Shown here piece by piece: positions 51,301-61,588 of a stretch of 64,000 nucleotides of DNA. The notes beneath the pieces were generated by a model that saw only the letters and a program-made list of their open reading frames with translations, ran no database searches and was not told the origin of the DNA. The stretch covers positions 1-64,000 of the forward strand of contig JAUCBJ010000697.1 in assembly GCA_032718475.1 (NCBI GenBank), written 5' to 3'. Made by a program: the position numbers and the translations under genes. The stretch is from Nemertoderma westbladi (Eukaryota > Animalia > Xenacoelomorpha). Numbering within the stretch: the stretch's first letter is position 1; each line of letters opens with the position of its first letter.

Positions 51301-53748
51301 ATGGACCCAAATCGCCAAATTATCGGCGAATTACGTAACACGATAGATCTACTGGAATATTCGCAACCCGGATCCCCTGACTTTGATACAAATTGGAGCA
51401 CCCTGCTAAATGAGAACGTGCGAGTCATTAAATTCACCGGGCGAGAGGGACCGGATTCTAAGAATCTACGAGCCCTCCGGTTAGCCGATGCTAGTACGAG
51501 ACTGAAAAGAACTCGGAACGCAAAGGCAACCGGGGGGGACGATTCGTCATTTTGGGAAACATTCCGGCAGAGCGTCTACAGATCCCGATGTTTGATCTAC
51601 GACAATGAGGGAAACGCGACGCCCACCTCGAAAGCGATTACGTTGGCGAGATGTCAAAGTTTCGTCGACGACAAGAGTACGTACCTCGCCCACTGGGGAA
51701 ACCTGTCGGAGTGTACGGCGACGCTTCGAGAGGAACGCGTATCGATTATCCAGAACCGAGACGACTACCAGGAAAAGTACGGGGCGAAAGAATACGGTCG
51801 ATCCTTAGTCATCGTCCTCGGAACCCTGGACGGTTTGGTACTGGTGTGCCGAATATTCCCGACACCCAGACAGGAAGTGCAGGCAGCCGGAGCGATCTGG
51901 TTGCTGCCTCCGGAAATCCAAAAGATCCTCTTCGATTTCGACGTCATTAAAATCGGGTCGGATATCAAGGCGGATGTCCGGAACGACTACGCGAACGCTC
52001 CTGCAGGAAGAAACCGACGAGACGACCTCAACGCCCTTAGCCATTGCATCGACACTCAAACGCTACTAGCCTGGTTACGATTCGCCGAGTTCATGCGAGG
52101 ATTCCAAGAGGTGAGACCGACGAAATCCGGGATCGGCTACCTCGCTGTGCTAAACGGCGGTATCGACTTCAAACCCCAGAAATTCCGGGACTATAATAAA
52201 ATATACGGTGGATACCCGGGAATAGAAATAAAGAGCGAGCGAGAGGGTCGATGGAAGGACGTTGATCGGAAGTGGACGATACACCAAAGGTGGGAGAATC
52301 CCGATCAACGGAACTACGTTTACGTCGTTATGGAGTGCTACACCGTCGCTAAGTTTATCTGTAAAACTCTCGATAACCTTATTACGGCGGTCCCCCTTTC
52401 CTTCGTCGACTACGACTGGAATGAGGTCATACACCACGCGTTCAAAGCGGTCGAGAACATCGCACCGGGAGAGACTAAAACGCTCGCTGTTATCGATTCC
52501 TGGGACGAGAGCGGACCTTACGACATCCCTACGATTACCGAACTTCTCAGTGCGGAGGAGCCTCTGATCTCTTCGGAAGGAGAAGAGATATGGCTAAACG
52601 AGGGTGTTCTACTCTCCACCCCGAAGCGACAACTCGAGCCGGAGGCCGCGTATGGACCGGCCGCCAAACGGGTTGCCTCGGCCGAACCGATGAAGAGAGC
52701 AGGCGTTTACACCCCACGCGGCTCCGGTAGCCCCGCGAGGGAGGTAGCTACTACAGCTGCATTGAGCGACTTCGGCGACATATGCCAACGGTTATCCCCG
52801 TATCCTTTCCCGGGTGGCGAAGATTGGTCGTCGGAGATTCCGAGTACCAGCCACCAACGGACCCGCTCAGCGATACTGGTCGAGGAGGGCCCCAGCGATG
52901 CGCCGACCCCCGACGATCTCCTCGGTATCCCTCCGTCTAAAACCCCGGCACCTCTTCGCCGACCAGCGGTGGCTACTACACCCGCCGTTCCTCAGGACCC
53001 TATGCGACTAACCCGTTGGTACGCCGAGCAAACTGAATGGATCCACCGCCAGAAACGGTCATCCGAGTTGAGACCAGCGGGATACAAAGAAGGTTATCGG
53101 AGCGAGAACCTACTACGCAAAAGCCTAGCATTCCGCGGGCTACCGACCACCGCGAATATTCCGAAGAGCGACCGACGACTCGAGTATCACGTCGGCGTCC
53201 CGATTCCGATATTTCCAGGTCGAGAGATGCAGTTGGAGGTATGCGGCGACTGTGGTTCGGAGCAGTGCCCATGCGGTAGAAGGAATCGGGTTACCGATTC
53301 ATGCCTCCAGCTCCTTGTGATACTCTATTGCCCATACTGCGCGACATCGGGCCACGACGTTTCCGTCTGTCCGATCCTTTATAACCTCTGCACCACGTGC
53401 GGTTTCCGTGGACATTCCTCTAGCCCCCGCTGCTATATCAAATGTCCAACCAAAGACATTACCGCTATGGGAAATATGGTCATGTTTGAAACATACGCAA
53501 ACAGCCACTTAAAGACCAAGGTTCGGAGAAACGCTCGGAATATTGCGCAGGAGATGGCGTGCGGGTATTTCTCCTTCCCGGAACGCCTCCACACGTCGGC
53601 CACGCTACCTTTCCATTACGTGGATCTGCTACTGAGCGCCGGATTATTCGGTCCATTTGAAGTCATTAGACGATTATACTCGTATAAAGAGGAGTTCGGT
53701 GACGGAGAATGGTTCCTAGAGGCACGCAAATCTGAGTTGGAAAGATGA
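51301..53748 (+). CDS. Accessory ORF2: DEDDy 3'-5' exonuclease-like domain, low-complexity linker and CCHC zinc knuckles
   Basis: ExoI-like LIYDNEG; ExoII-like LPPEIQKILFDFDVIKIGSDIKAD; CIDTQ; ExoIII-like W...YVVME; knuckles CPYCATSGHDVSVC and CTTCGFRGHSSSPRC. Confidence 0.75.
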   Translation: MDPNRQIIGELRNTIDLLEYSQPGSPDFDTNWSTLLNENVRVIKFTGREGPDSKNLRALRLADASTRLKRTRNAKATGGDDSSFWETFRQSVYRSRCLIYDNEGNATPTSKAITLARCQSFVDDKSTYLAHWGNLSECTATLREERVSIIQNRDDYQEKYGAKEYGRSLVIVLGTLDGLVLVCRIFPTPRQEVQAAGAIWLLPPEIQKILFDFDVIKIGSDIKADVRNDYANAPAGRNRRDDLNALSHCIDTQTLLAWLRFAEFMRGFQEVRPTKSGIGYLAVLNGGIDFKPQKFRDYNKIYGGYPGIEIKSEREGRWKDVDRKWTIHQRWENPDQRNYVYVVMECYTVAKFICKTLDNLITAVPLSFVDYDWNEVIHHAFKAVENIAPGETKTLAVIDSWDESGPYDIPTITELLSAEEPLISSEGEEIWLNEGVLLSTPKRQLEPEAAYGPAAKRVASAEPMKRAGVYTPRGSGSPAREVATTAALSDFGDICQRLSPYPFPGGEDWSSEIPSTSHQRTRSAILVEEGPSDAPTPDDLLGIPPSKTPAPLRRPAVATTPAVPQDPMRLTRWYAEQTEWIHRQKRSSELRPAGYKEGYRSENLLRKSLAFRGLPTTANIPKSDRRLEYHVGVPIPIFPGREMQLEVCGDCGSEQCPCGRRNRVTDSCLQLLVILYCPYCATSGHDVSVCPILYNLCTTCGFRGHSSSPRCYIKCPTKDITAMGNMVMFETYANSHLKTKVRRNARNIAQEMACGYFSFPERLHTSATLPFHYVDLLLSAGLFGPFEVIRRLYSYKEEFGDGEWFLEARKSELER

Positions 53749-54057
53749 ACCGACATGATCCCTATGCCTTCGAAAGGAAGAGCCGCCAGGAGACAAGCCG
53801 AAGCGTTACTCACAATGGATGTTGACGCTCCTCTACCAGCCATAGCGATCGATGAGAGTCGACGGGCGAAGAGACGAAAGGCGTATCAGAGAAAGAAATA
53901 GTGGATCGGGATATTCCAGGAACATTTATCGAACATTTATTTTTATACAAACTCTAGGACAAATTAATTAAAAACTATGCAATATTAAATTTGGGTTTTT
54001 TATATTGGGAATGACCTACGCAAACTCAATCTACCGACAGACTTCACGAAGGTCATT

Positions 54058-54065
54058 GGGGGGGA
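54058..54065 (+). other. Polypurine tract
   Basis: GGGGGGGA one base upstream of the 3' LTR TG. Confidence 0.85.
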
Positions 54066-54066
54066 C

Positions 54067-55982
54067 TGTTCGCGGTATTTCAACTTTCCATAACGCGAGT
54101 TGAATATTTTTGTATTTTATTAAAATTGATTATTCCGATATTACTACTGGGTGCGGGACCATGGGTTTTGGGCACATTCAATAAACTGGGGGCGATTTAT
54201 GGGCGAACTTTGGGGCAACTTACAGGGTACGGGAATAATTTCATAGTTATAAGGGCCAGGGGGGGATGGAAAATGCAAGCAGTATTCAGGTTAGCCTGAG
54301 TACTATTAGGCCCTGGCCAACTTCCTGCTGCCTGTAGGGGTGGATTTGGTAATGCGCCAGGCCTAAAGGACAAGGACTGCCCTTAGCGGTCCCTGGCCAA
54401 CAGCAGCCATTACGAGACTGAAAAGAACTCGGACCGCTGACTGCTTGTGTCAGGGATTTGCGACGGGAAACGACGGCCCCTTAGTAGCCAAGCCGTTCTG
54501 GTTCTCGATGATCGAACCCTTCGGGGTTCGTGAGGGGTGGAGCGGACACGCGAACGGGTGGCCAACTAACGACTGCCCCCTGAGCTAAGCCGTACTGGTT
54601 CTCGATGACCGATCCCTTCGGGGTTCGTGAGGGGTGGGACGGACATGCGAAAGGGCTGGCCACAGGACGGGTTCGACGAGGACTGCCCTTAGCGGTCTCT
54701 GGTCAACGGCAGCTATTACGAGACTGAAAAGAACTCGGAACGCTGACTGCTTGTGTCAGGGATTTGCGACGGGAAACGACAGCCCCTTAGTAGCCAAGCC
54801 GTTCTGGTTCTCGATGATCGAACCCTTCGGGGTTCGTGAGGGGTGGAGCGTACACGCGAACGGGTGGCCGACTAACGACTGCCCCCTGAGCTAAGCCGTA
54901 CTGGTTCTCGGTGACCGATCCCTTCGGGGTTCGCGAGGGGTGGGACGGACATGCGAAAGGGCTGGCCACAGGACGGGTTCGACGAGGACTGCCCTTAGCG
55001 GTCTCTGGTCAACGGCAGCTATTACGAGACTGAAAAGAACTCGGAACGCTGACTGCTTGTACCGGGATCTGCGACGGGAACCGACGACAGACCCCTTAGC
55101 CAAGCCGTACTGGTTCTCGATGATCGTTCCCTTCGGGGTTCGTGAGGGGTGGAACGGACACGCGATGGGGTCGAAAGACAAAGGACTAGACTCTACTGGC
55201 CTACCGACTGTTCGGAGCAGTTTCTCGGCTGCCGAAGCGACTACGAGCCTGAAAGGGACTCGGAAAGCCTAGGTGGTTGGGTTTCTGCGATGAACCGACG
55301 GACCCCTAGCCAAGCCGTTCTGGTTCTCGATGATCGTTCCCTTCGGGGTTCGTGAGGGGTGGAACGGACACGCGAACGGGTCCACCGACACGACAGACTC
55401 CTAGCTAAGCCGTACTGGTTCTCGATGACCGATCCCTTCGGGGTTCGAGAGGGGCGGTACGGATACGCGACAGAGTCTACCGACTGGACCGACCCTTAGC
55501 CAAGCCGTGCTGGTTCTCGATGATCGTTCCCTTCGGGGTTCGTGAGGGGTGGAACGGACACGCGACAGGGTCGACCGACACCGACACTACGGCACTAAGA
55601 CTAGGACCGAGGGAAAATCTGGGGAACATTAGGTAGGCTAAAATCTGAGCGAACAGTGGGTAATTAAATAATATACTGTAGGGATTTATATTGTCGTGTA
55701 TAATTATTGTGAATATTTGGTTTATATTGATTTGGGGAAGCCCAAAATTATTCTCAATCAGGGTTCAACAGGGTTCAATATTGTTGACCAGGTTCAACAG
55801 AGTTCAGTTACATTAAAGAGTATATCCAACTAATGCAGCTTTTTCTCAACCGCAACCCTGCATCTCAGAAATCATTCCTTCTCCAAAATCAATATCCGGT
55901 GACTGGCCGGGGCTCAGTGGTCTGTAAAGTCACGTCTCCAGCATCGGCGTTTTTCCCCCCTGGTGTTGGGATAACGGCAACA
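54067..55982 (+). mobile_element. 3' LTR (copy 3), shared as 5' LTR of a tandem second unit
   Basis: Preceded by the PPT and followed by the same leader and gag as LTR copy 2. Confidence 0.85.
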
Positions 55983-56421
55983 AAATTAAGAATAATTAAT
56001 GCGGTTAATTTTGACAGGGTGTCAAAATTAAGAATAATTACGGTCAACTTCAACTGGTGGAAGTTGAGAATCCTTCAATACTCTTCAAAAACTCTCTACG
56101 TGCTTGCCAGCACCCACTACGAGGAAACTCTGGTATTTGAGTTGAGACGAAGTCGTGGTTTAATTAATCAACAAACTCGATCTAACCAACTCGTAGTCGG
56201 CAGATCACATATTTGGAGAGTTGTTAACAGGGAATGGAAGTATCGATTACACCCATTGATATAATCCAAGTTGAGCCAGGAATCTGGCACGTCGAAGTTG
56301 AAGTACAAGGAACGAACGTCGGACGATTCAGGATTACCGTTCGGGTGGTCCAAGCTGAGTACAATACCTACGAGGAACTGTTTTATGACATCGCGTATCT
56401 AGCTATCGACGAGGTGTTACA

Positions 56422-59129
56422 ATGACGACAAATAACGTATCCGATACCGACGAGATGGATCACCACACAGACTCGGAAGCCGACGAGGTACCAAACGTCA
56501 AGAACATGACCCGTCGGCTAGGGGCTCTCAAAGGCGGAGTAACCCGAGCGTATCAACGGATGGAGAAACAACTCAAGGGAGTCAAAAACCCCCTCAATGA
56601 GGTACAAACTCAGCTCCAAAGTATCCGAAATATCCTACAGCGGTACGAAAGAATGATACAGGCGTACCAAGAGCTCGTTCCCTCCACTGATCAGGAAAAC
56701 TACCCCAAGTTGGAAGAACACGTTGTACATCTAGATGGGTTCCGCAAACAACACCGGAGGACCCTCAGCCTTGTGAGAGGCTATGAAGAACAGTATTACA
56801 AGAGGGCTGAAAGAACAGACGCGGAATCAGTACGATCCTCCAGCATCAGGACAGCAGTACATCGAAAGAGAACGGGGTCCGCTAGAAATCAGCACTCCAG
56901 CGCTAGGAGCGAGATATCCGGCTCAGCGCACAGTTCTCAAGGGGGGCCGCCACTCCGAGACCAACTGCGAGAACGGAAGGCATTAGCCCTCAAAGCTCGG
57001 ATGGAAGATGAGTATATTCAACTGCAAGCCGAGCAAGATATATTAGCCGCCGAAATGCAAAAACGGGAGGCCGAACAAGAGGTCGAACGGCGGGCCGAGC
57101 AACATAGACAGGAGGCTGAACAACGTGAACGAGAGGCCAGACAAGAGATCGAACAACGTAAATGGGAAGCAGAAATGCGTAAACAACACGCCGAGGCCCA
57201 AGCAATTCTCACCCACAAAAAGAATGCGGATATTGCGAAACTCGCGGAATACGAAGCCGCACTTATAGAACGAGATATTCAACTATACGAGGACTGGGAA
57301 AGGGATATAGATCAGGAATATGAACCAATCCCGGTACCGGAATTAGAGAAGTCACTTTCACCAACAGCGGCGAAACTTCCGAAACCCGAGATCCCGCCTA
57401 CCATACAGTCTACCTTATCGGCACAAGCACCGGTGTTCCATCTCCCACCGGTTACGCTTAAAAATGAGGAACCGTATTTCCCATCCAACCCCACAGCAAC
57501 GAGTGTACCCAAGTACGAGCCTGAAAGGGACTCGGAACGGGACGCCACTCCTCGATCCAACAACCCGTTCACATCCACACCACAAACCCGTAGTCGCGTC
57601 ATCATTAAAACTCCACCTACCATTGATCCATCGAGTATGGGAGAGAGTGCCAATAACTATAACCCTCCGAACCACTCCAGTTCGGACAACATCGGCATTA
57701 TCCGGGCATTGGAAAACCGCCTCTCCATGCCCAAGATGGAGATCCGCACCTTCGAAGGAGATCCCGTCGATTACCTCAGATTCAAGAAACGGTTCTTTGC
57801 GCAGATTGGATCAACGGACATAGCCGATGCACAGAAACTGGTATATTTATCGCAATACCTGGGTGACAAACCACGCCGAATCATCGCTTGTTTTGAGGGA
57901 GGTTCTCATGAAGCATACTACGACGCATGGAAAACTCTAGACAAAAGATACGGAAATACCGGGACTATAATTAATAAAACTCTAGAGAAACTGATACAAG
58001 ACGCGGGATCACTAGGGGACCCACAGAACCTCCAGGAATTTTCAGATTCCATGAAGGATGCCTACTACACTCTGAAACCCTTAAATAAGGAGGACCAGGT
58101 GAACAACATTCTAAACCTCCGACAGATCGCCCGGAAGTTCCCCGGATGGCTGCAAAGTAAGTGGGCCTATAAATGCGTAGATCTCCGGCACAGACATCCA
58201 GATCGAGATCCCAGCTTCCTCGAAATGTCGGCATTCCTGGACGATATCTCCGAAGCCATGAATGACTCGATGTTCTCGAAACAGAGTCTCGCCAAGTTGG
58301 ACGCAATGGAGAGCAATTACCAGAGCAGGGCACCCACTCCAAACCCAAGATTCCGCCCTACTCCTGTGAGTGCGATGGCCATCAGTATGGCTGAGGACTC
58401 GGATGACGAGGATTACGAGGAACCGACCTTAGCAGAAGAATGGGCATGCTACCTAGCGAATTGGGCACCCGAAAGGGAAGGCACCACAGCCTCCCCTATA
58501 TGTCTCTTCTGCGGAGAGAAACATAAGTTGGAATTCTGCGGAAAGTTCCAGTTTGCTGAACTCGTCCCACGCTTCGAGGCGATGATGAAACACCGAGGAT
58601 GCTTCCGGTGTCTTGGAACAGGTCACTACGTTCGGGATTGCGACCAAAGGTCGTGTTGTGCGGTTTGTAACGACCTACGTCATCACACGCTCCTCCACAT
58701 CCCCGCGAACTTCGACTTCACTACCCTCCCCTTTCGGATCGAAGCCAAGCGAAGAGGAGAAACGAACCACGTTTCCAAAGGAACCCGGATTACCCAACGG
58801 AGAGAAACCAATCCGTTTAAAATCTCCACCGATAAACCACAAGTAACCAACATTTCAGCCACGATTAATCTTATAAATCGCCGCTACATGGTCTTCGCAA
58901 AGGTAATCCCGGTAAGGATTCAGGGAGTCGGCAAATCCCTGACGACGCTCGCGTTCCTTGATAATGGGTCTGACGGAACCATCATCGACCGGGATTTCCT
59001 CGAGCAACTCGGCCTAGAATAGGAACCTTGTAAACGGCCCATACAAACCATCACCGATAACAGAGAGGTAGAGTCTGGGGAGGTGCAACTCCAAATGGAA
59101 GGAGTAATGAAGGGCTACGAGACGGTCAA
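56422..59129 (+). pseudogene. Gag-protease of the truncated tandem unit
   Basis: Four amino-acid differences from the 43163 ORF; TAT>TAG at 59020-59022; homology ends at 59129 and satellite resumes. Confidence 0.9.
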
Positions 59130-61588
59130 CCACTCCTAACTCCTAACCACTCCTAGTCTTATTACTAAGTTACTAAGCCTACTAACCAGTCCTAGTCTTA
59201 TTACTAAGTTACTAAGCCTACTAACCACTCCTAGTCTTATTACTAAGTTACTAAGCCTACTAACCAGTCCTAGTCTTATTACTAAGTTACTAAGCCTACT
59301 AACCACTCCTAGTCTTATTACTAAGTTACTAAGCCTACTAACCAATCCTTGACTTATTACTAAGTTACTAAGCCTACTAACCACTCCTCGTCGTATTACT
59401 AAGTTACTAAGCCTACTAACCACTCCTATTCTTATTACTAAGTTACTAAGCCTACTAACCATTCCTAGTCTTATTACTAAGTTACTAAGCCTACTAACCA
59501 ATCCTTGACTTATTACTAAGTTACTAAGCCTACTAACCACTCCTCGTCGTATTACTAAGTTACTAAGCCTACTAACCACTCCTATTCTTATTACTAAGTT
59601 ACTAAGCCTACTAACCATTCCTAGTCTTATTACTAAGTTACTAAGCCTACTAACCAATCCTTGACTTATTACTAAGCTACTAAGCCTACTAACCACTCCT
59701 CGTCGTATTACTAAGTTACTAAGCCTACTAACCATTCCTAGTCTTATTACTAAGTTACTAAGCCTACTATCCAATCCTTGACTTATTACTAAGTTACTAA
59801 GCCTACTAACCACTCCTCGTCGTATTACTAAGTTACTAAGCCTACTAACCACTCCTATTCTTATTACTAAGTTACTAAGCCTACTAACCACTCCTATTCT
59901 TATTACTAAGTTACTAAGCCTACTAACCATTCCTAGTCTTATTACTAAGTGACTAAGCCTACTAACCACACCTCGTCGTATTACTAAGTTAATAAGCCTA
60001 CTAACCACTCCTAGTCTTATTACTAAGTTACTAAGCCTACTAACCACTCCTAGTCTTATTACTAAGTTACTAAGCCTACTAACCAATCCTTGTCTTATTA
60101 CTAAGTTACTAAGCCTACTAACCACTCCTAGTCTTATTACTAAGTTACTAAGCCTACTAACCAGTCCTAGTCTTATTACTAAGTTACTAAGCCTACTAAC
60201 CACTCCTAGTCTTATTACTAAGTTACTAAGCCTACTAACCAGTCCTAGTCTTATTACTAAGTTACTAAGCCTACTAACCACTCCTAGTCTTATTACTAAG
60301 TTACTAAGCCTACTAACCAGTCCTAGTCTTATTACTAAGTTACTAAGCCTACTAACCACTCCTAGTCTTATTACTAAGTTACTAAGCCTACTAACCAGTC
60401 CTAGTCTTATTACTAAGTTACTAAGCCTACTAACCACTCCTATTCTTATTACTAAGTTACTAAGCCTACTAACCACTCCTAGTCTTATTACTAAGTTACT
60501 AAGCCTACTAACCACTCCTAGTCTTATTACTAAGTTACTAAGCCTACTAACCAGTCCTAGTCTTATTACTAAGTTACTAAGCCTACTAACCACTCCTAGT
60601 CTTATTACTAAGTTACTAAGCCTACTAACCAGTCCTAGTCTTATTACTAAGTTACTAAGCCTACTAACCACTCCTAGTCTTATTACTAAGTTACTAAGCC
60701 TACTAACCAATCCTTGACTTATTACTAAGTTACTAAGCCTACTAACCACTCCTCGTCGTATTACTAAGTTACTAAGCCTACTAACCACTCCTATTATTAT
60801 TACTAAGTTACTAAGCCTACTAACCATTCCTAGTCTTATTACTAAGTGACTAAGCCTACTAACCACACCTCGTCGTTTTACTAAGTTACTAAGCCTACTA
60901 ACCACTCCTATTCTTATTACTAAGTTACTAAGCCTACTAACCATTCCTAGTCTTATTACTAAGTGACTAAGCCTACTAACCACACCTCGTCGTATTACTA
61001 AGTTAATAAGCCTACTAACCACTCCTAGTCTTATTACTAAGTTACTAAGCCTACTAACCACTCCTAGTCATATTACTAAGTTACTAAGCCTACTAACCAC
61101 TCCTAGTCTTATTACTAAGTTACTAAGCCTACTAACCACTCATAGACTTATTACTAAGTTACTAAGCCTACTAACCACTCCTAGTCTTATTACTAAGTTA
61201 CTAAGCCTACTAACCACTCCTATTCTTATTACTAAGTTACTAAGCCTACTAACCACTCCTACTCTTATTACTAAGTTACTAAGCCTACTAACCACTCCTA
61301 GTCTTATTACTAAGTTACTAAGCCTACTAACCACTCATAGACTTATTACTAAGTTACTCAGCCTACTAACCACTCCTAGTCTTATTACTAAGTTACTAAG
61401 CCTACTAACCACTCCTAGTCTTATTACTAAGTTACTAAGCCTACTAACCACTCCTAGTCTTTTTACTAAGTTACTAAGCCTACTAACCACTCCTAGTCTT
61501 ATTACTAAGTTACTAAGCCTACTAACCACTCCTATTCTTATTACTAAGTTACTAAGCCTACTAACCACTCCTAGTCTTTTTACTAAGT
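59130..61588. repeat. 39-bp satellite, block 3
   Basis: Same unit and orientation as blocks 1 and 2. Confidence 0.97.

Larger units (their letters stand above)
40808..55982 (+). mobile_element. Non-autonomous BEL/Pao LTR retroelement with accessory exonuclease-like ORF
   Basis: Two near-identical 1916-bp LTRs (TG...CA), PPT before the 3' LTR, BEL-type Gag/protease/integrase C-terminus, extra ORF and a nested RTE. Confidence 0.9.

Noticed and set aside
51490-51522. 28S rRNA sarcin-ricin loop fragment
   Set aside because: Only AGTACGAGA and GGAAC are shared; no flanking rRNA homology, so it is a shared structural motif at most.
51301-53748. env gene
   Set aside because: No evident signal peptide or C-terminal transmembrane anchor; motifs fit an exonuclease plus zinc knuckles.
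54380-55573. CRISPR- or TIGR-like guide array in the LTR
   Set aside because: The variable parts are self-complementary closing stems and short GAC-rich linkers, not uniform unique spacers. No Cas or Nop-domain gene is visible.
54475-55573. Hammerhead or other known small ribozymes
   Set aside because: CUCGAUGA only resembles CUGAUGA, and no GAAA/NUH is correctly placed. I could not fit twister, pistol, hairpin or HDV consensus by eye.
54475-55573. Canonical SECIS elements
   Set aside because: The AUGA/GA core is present, but the upper helix is only ~7 bp and is capped by UUCG with no apical AAR.
28552-61588. Telomeric repeat
   Set aside because: The unit is a complex 39-mer, not a tandem TTAGG or TTAGGG array.
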